From Sphyrna mokarran (lineage: Eukaryota), in the NCBI GenBank assembly GCA_024679065.1, contig JAGIQG010000014.1, positions 28,086,001 through 28,150,000 on the forward strand: a DNA stretch of 64,000 bases, read 5' to 3'. The first letter of the stretch is position 1. Each line of letters opens with the position of its first letter. Made by a program: the position numbers and the translations under genes. This document shows positions 59,043 through 64,000 of the stretch, piece after piece. The notes under the pieces are model-generated. The model was given only the letters and a program-made list of their open reading frames with translations, was not told where the DNA came from and did not search any database.

Positions 59043-61280
59043 TGGTCAAATCACTGATCTACCTTCTAAACGCAGGGAAATCGAAGGTATGAGTCCCCAG
59101 CCCTACCCTCTGGGAGGATTTTCTGGTCTCACTGACACTGACACCACCACCCTGTGGCAGTTTTCTCAGTGGCAAGATGGATGAGCCACACAAAATGTCA
59201 TAGACATTGACCGGACTGGAAGATCCTGCCAGTGGTGAATGGCAAACCACCTCCACTGACAGAAAACATGCCACAGCAGATGAGGGGTGGGTTCCACCTC
59301 AAGTTTTTGCTGCTTATCCTTACAATATGAAGAGGGTAACCTGAAATAAATTTAGTAAATCAGTACTCTTCCCCTCCAAGGTCCACCTACCTTTCCTGAG
59401 AATTGGTATCTAGAACTGAATGTCATCCAGATGGTCTCTCTCACCAAAGCTTTGTACAACTGAAACACCATTTTCTCATTTCTGTACTCCCACCTGCTGA
59501 GGGTCAATATAAGGGGCAAGTGAGCTGGAGCAAACAGAGTTGGGCCAAACAGAGATCCGATTTTATTGAAAGGCCAAACAGTCTTACTTGAATGGTCTAA
59601 GTGAAAGGTGTACATTAAAGAGTAACTGTACTTCATGCAGTCTTTATATTCTATATGTTGGAGAATCTATGGCCCTATGACGTAACTTAATTCCCGAGAG
59701 TGACATTTCGATCGGAGTCTACAGTGTACTTGGGGGACAGTTGAAGAGAGCAAATAAGCTAGCAGCAGCGGATGAGTAACAGGCTGAACAGAAACCTAAC
59801 TCCATGTGCCTACCAGGCCTGAAAGATCCTAAAATTTATTACTTTATATATATTGGGATTACAACAGTATTGCTCCAATGAACATTGGTCATTTGACCAG
59901 GTCAATGGTTATATTGAGAGACTCTTGATGGGAGACTTCATGTCAATAATACCAATGGGCTGTATTATATCTTTTCTCAAAGAATTCAAAATTGACCCCA
60001 TCGCACTTGTTCCCCTTGTAGCCCAGACTCTGAGGTAGATGCAATTCTATATATACATTTCATAGCATTTCCTGCATTTCTTATTAAATATTATTAATTT
60101 TCTATAAAATGAAATATGAATTGAAAGAGATATATTTCTTTCCAAATGTTGAGTCTGTTTGATTATTAATCTGACCTATCTAAGGTATAATATGAAATGG
60201 CCGTTGGAAATATTGAATTGTGTAAAGGTTGTGGCTACGAATGTGTGCATATTATTCATCTTATCACTGTGTTTATAGAAATTTACATTGTTGCTATTTG
60301 CAAATGGTTTTCTAAGTGAAGATGAGTAACATATCTCTTACCAGTTTTGTGGTCTGTGTATAAAAGGTCAGGCCACGTCAAATTGTGTGACTCTCAGGCT
60401 TGAATTTATTTTTCTAACTTTCATTTTACCATGATTTCAAGCGTATCTATGAATTCTCAGTACTTCCTAACGTTTTCTTCACCTTTGTCCATCATCTGGC
60501 TTATAGTATTTTTTAAAAATCTACGTTTTCTTTTTCCCTTCATCTTATGACTCATCCAAACTGCATTTGATGACTGAATTATACATATTGCCATCAATGA
60601 CTTTGTGACCAGAATTTTACTACCCCGCCTGCCACCAAGAATTGGAGCAGGCAAGGAGTGAAGCATGGGAATTTCAATTGACCTCAGGCGGTTTCAGGAT
60701 GAGCGAAATGGTAAAGTCCCATCCTTTATGTTTTAGCTGACACTGGGGCTCTTCATTCTGGTATATAGTACTTGTGTTGAAACCCGAGGCAGCAATCCCA
60801 AAAAACTATAAAACTTCAGGACACTGCCCTGGTCCAAATTAAAAATAAACATTCCTTCAAATATTCTACTGCCAGTGCAATATGAATCTCAAGTTGGAGC
60901 CTCAGGGAGCTGTGTTAAGCTCAATTGTAGTAAACTTTCAAAATTCAGTGATAATCAAAGCTAATCAAAGTGTAAACCTTTCTAAATAGAATTTGCAAAA
61001 ATGGTAGGTCTGTCACCTTGACAGTCAAACCATGAGATTAAACATCTGCTACCTGGCACATCAGGTCATAGATCCAACAGTTAGCTCACCATTTCATTGC
61101 TGCCCAGAGTGTGATATAATCATAACATCTACAGTTTGTGCTCTGTTAAGGAATGAAATGAAGACAAAAAAACTTTCATTGACATGGACAAAAAAAAATG
61201 CTGAGCAGGTCTGGCAGTATCTGCAGAGAGGCTAATATTTTGACTTCACTGGATTTCTTCAGAGGAAGAAGGGTCATGCA

Positions 61281-63700
61281 TGTAGATTGAATGGGCATAT
61301 GAGAATGTGATGAAGCAGCTACAAAAGAGGTCTTCTGGCAGCAGTGCATAAGTTATTCTCCCAAAGCGTGGGCAGAATGCAAGTGTTGCATATAGCTGTT
61401 GAGTTCAAGAATAAACTTTGCTGGAAGTCTTTGTTATTGGTGGTTTAGGGAAACCACAATTCCTACATGGTTTCAGAAGTTGTCAGTATTGGAATAAGGA
61501 CTCTGCTAAAATTAACCCACTCGGCTTTAATGAAATTATTGTGGATAGCTGGGAAATGTTCTAGAAGGAGTGGCATATTTACTATGGTGCTGTGTTCTCT
61601 GACAAGCCATAAAATGTATATGTTTAGAACCTATTAAAACTCATGGGCTCTGAGACTGTCAAAAAAATTGAGTAGCTTATTTTCCAGACAGACGAGGAAA
61701 TAATAGACCCTAAGATATTCCTGAAAGAGTTTGAGAACATTTGTTGTCCAATAAAAAATGTAATCCTTGATAGATATGTGTTGAATTAGAAAACAGATGA
61801 GTCATCTTACACAGCCACCCTAACAATATTGACAAAGAAATATGCAGTTGGAGTTCTCACTGAAAACCCAATCGGGGATTGAGTAGATTGTGGATGTAAT
61901 AACACTGTGCCTTTAAGAAATGTATTTAAATCATGTTCTTTACAGGGTTTTTTCAAGCCTGGCAGTTTGGTTTTGATACTGTGGTGTCTGTAATTGATAT
62001 CTTCTATTGTTGCTGAACTGGGATATTTGAAGCAATATTTATTTTTAATTTGGACCGATGCAGTGTTCTGGACTTTTATAGTTTTTTGGGATTGCTGCCT
62101 GGGGTTTGACAATTGACAGGTCAGGTGATGCCAGCTTGGACAGTTTCTTCCACAGGAAAAATCAAAGATTCTAGTTTAATTTTTGTCAGAAGCTGTTTGG
62201 AACGTAGATCGAAAGCAGTGTTCGTCTCTCTCTCTCTCTCTCTCACTGGTGTTGAAAATTCTGCTGTCTGTGAATTGCAGCCAGAAGATAAAGTCAAACT
62301 GTTTCTCTACCTCTCTCTAACTAGGTCTCATTATGCGCAAATTGAAAAGGAATTCCTTACTTTAGTCTTCGCCTGTCAGAATTTCATTACATCATATTTG
62401 GTTATTCTGTAACTGTTGAAACTTATCACCAGCCACTGATAACTATCTTAAAGTCTTTCCTCAGTGCATCTACATGATTGCAATGCATGATGTTGAAGTT
62501 GCAATACTACAATTTTGGTGTCATCTACAAACATGGCAAGAAGCTGTACTTGTCTGATATCCCCTCCAGAGCCTTGTTACACACCACAGATTAGGTAGAT
62601 CATAAAGGAGACATAGACATTATGACAATAGAAATGCTATCCTCTAGTTGTATTCAAGAAATCAAACAGGCCTTGTAGATGGACATGACATGCGGATAAT
62701 TCCAAATATCATTATGAGGAGCTTGTCAGAATCCTTAAGAGAGCTTCCCCATGAGCTCTGCAAATTCTTTATCATAAGACATCAGAAATAAACATACAGT
62801 TCAGGATAGACTGATACTGCATTGCCAGCAATTCGTCATCCTGACTGCTCTCCAGGGGTACTACACATACCAACTGCACAAAAGACACCCCAGGCTGGGA
62901 ACAACTAGATACAGTAGAAAAGGAATCACTAAACTGGCTGTCCATGTGTGCAGAAATAAAAAGGGAAATCTTCAGAAGTGCACCATGCAGTGCACTCGAA
63001 TTGCATTAAGCAAAGGAACCATCACATTCACATGATGCCCGAATCTCCCAGGTTATTCATAGCCACCGATATCTTCACATGGAATGATAAACAACATTTA
63101 GTCTTAGTTGATTTGTAATCTGGATTCTTTGAACTCGATGACCTGCCAAACATGATAAGTAAAATGGCAATCATCAAGCTTAAGAGACACTTCATCACAC
63201 TCAACATTCTACAGAGACTCATAACAGATAAAGTTTGCCAATATGTCTCTGCTGAATTTTATAACTCTGCACACACATGGGACTTTTAACATTTTGCCAG
63301 CAGCCCCCTGTATCCATAGACAAATGGTTTGGTGGAATGGGCAATTCACTGAGCCAAGCATCTTTTAGGGAAATGTTGATTAAATGTTGCACCCCTCAAC
63401 CTGCAAAATCTACCATGACAGGGCCTGCCCTCATTAATGTGATGACTTTTTTCCAGGTACACTAGGAATTCCTGCTATAATTCCTATTATAATTCCTACT
63501 ACTAAGGTTCTGCTGCAGCCTAAATATGAAACCAATGTGAATGATGCCCTCTTGAGAAATGCATTAAAAATAATCATACCAGTTTAAAAATCACATAATC
63601 TTCAAGCTGCTAAACTGAGCCACACAGAAAAACTATGTGAAAATCACAGATCTTAATTAAAGCAGATCCAGATAATAGTCAAAAGACTATAAAATGAATA
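61281..63700 (+). mobile_element. Decayed Gypsy LTR retrotransposon (5' LTR 61281-61467, PBS, gag remnant, RNase H, integrase)
   Basis: LTR ends ...CCTACA, directly followed by PBS-like TGGTTTCAGAAGT. RNase H YAQIEKEFLTLVFAC and LQYYNFGVIYKHGK..LSD; integrase IATDIFTW...LVD..SGFFE...LITD. Confidence 0.8.
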
Positions 63701-64000
63701 ATTATAAGGGAGGCTACCGTCACACAACATACACATAATATTTCATGTGCAGTTACAGCTTATCAGTATCTGTTCTAACAAGGAACAATGGACATGGGAG
63801 GTGATATACCATTGGTCAGACATGGAGCCATCATACTGGTCTCCAGAGGCTGGAAAATAGTATAGAAAGAAATACATGCTTGATATTGTCATTAGGTAGG
63901 ATTGCACAAATTGTAATTGGACAACCATTCCCTTTATATATTATGTCATCCTAATTGTTAATTGTGAGTACTCTTGTACAAAGAGTATAAATTTACATCT

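Overview
Vertebrate, repeat-rich genomic DNA, almost certainly elasmobranch (shark/ray). That call rests on HE1-like V-SINEs, SacSINE1-like DeuSINEs, CR1/L2 LINEs and Penelope elements. The only host genes I can support are a + strand tandem array of TIM-family (HAVCR1/HAVCR2/TIMD4-like) receptor genes with a period of about 23 kb. Paralog A shows only its 3' part (2 mucin exons, TM exon, tail exon; 1553-14941). Paralog B is complete, with 6 exons and a predicted 217 aa (19630-37855). Paralog C shows only a signal-peptide exon at 42911-42962, with no IgV exon seen afterwards. A and B both end in a very short tail, and A has an Arg inside its TM helix. Intron 2 of B holds a 2.7 kb minisatellite with a 33-bp unit. 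Four copies of an unusual CR1 family carry a 3' UTR made of a structured ~135-nt domain plus a whole degenerate V-SINE. Also present: a Penelope element with inverted pLTRs and decayed hammerheads, a nested insertion cluster at 50-55 kb, many TIR/MITE elements, solo LTRs, a decayed Gypsy element and one 147-N gap. Most ORFs in the supplied track are spurious or TE-derived. All gene models were spliced by eye and have no transcript support.
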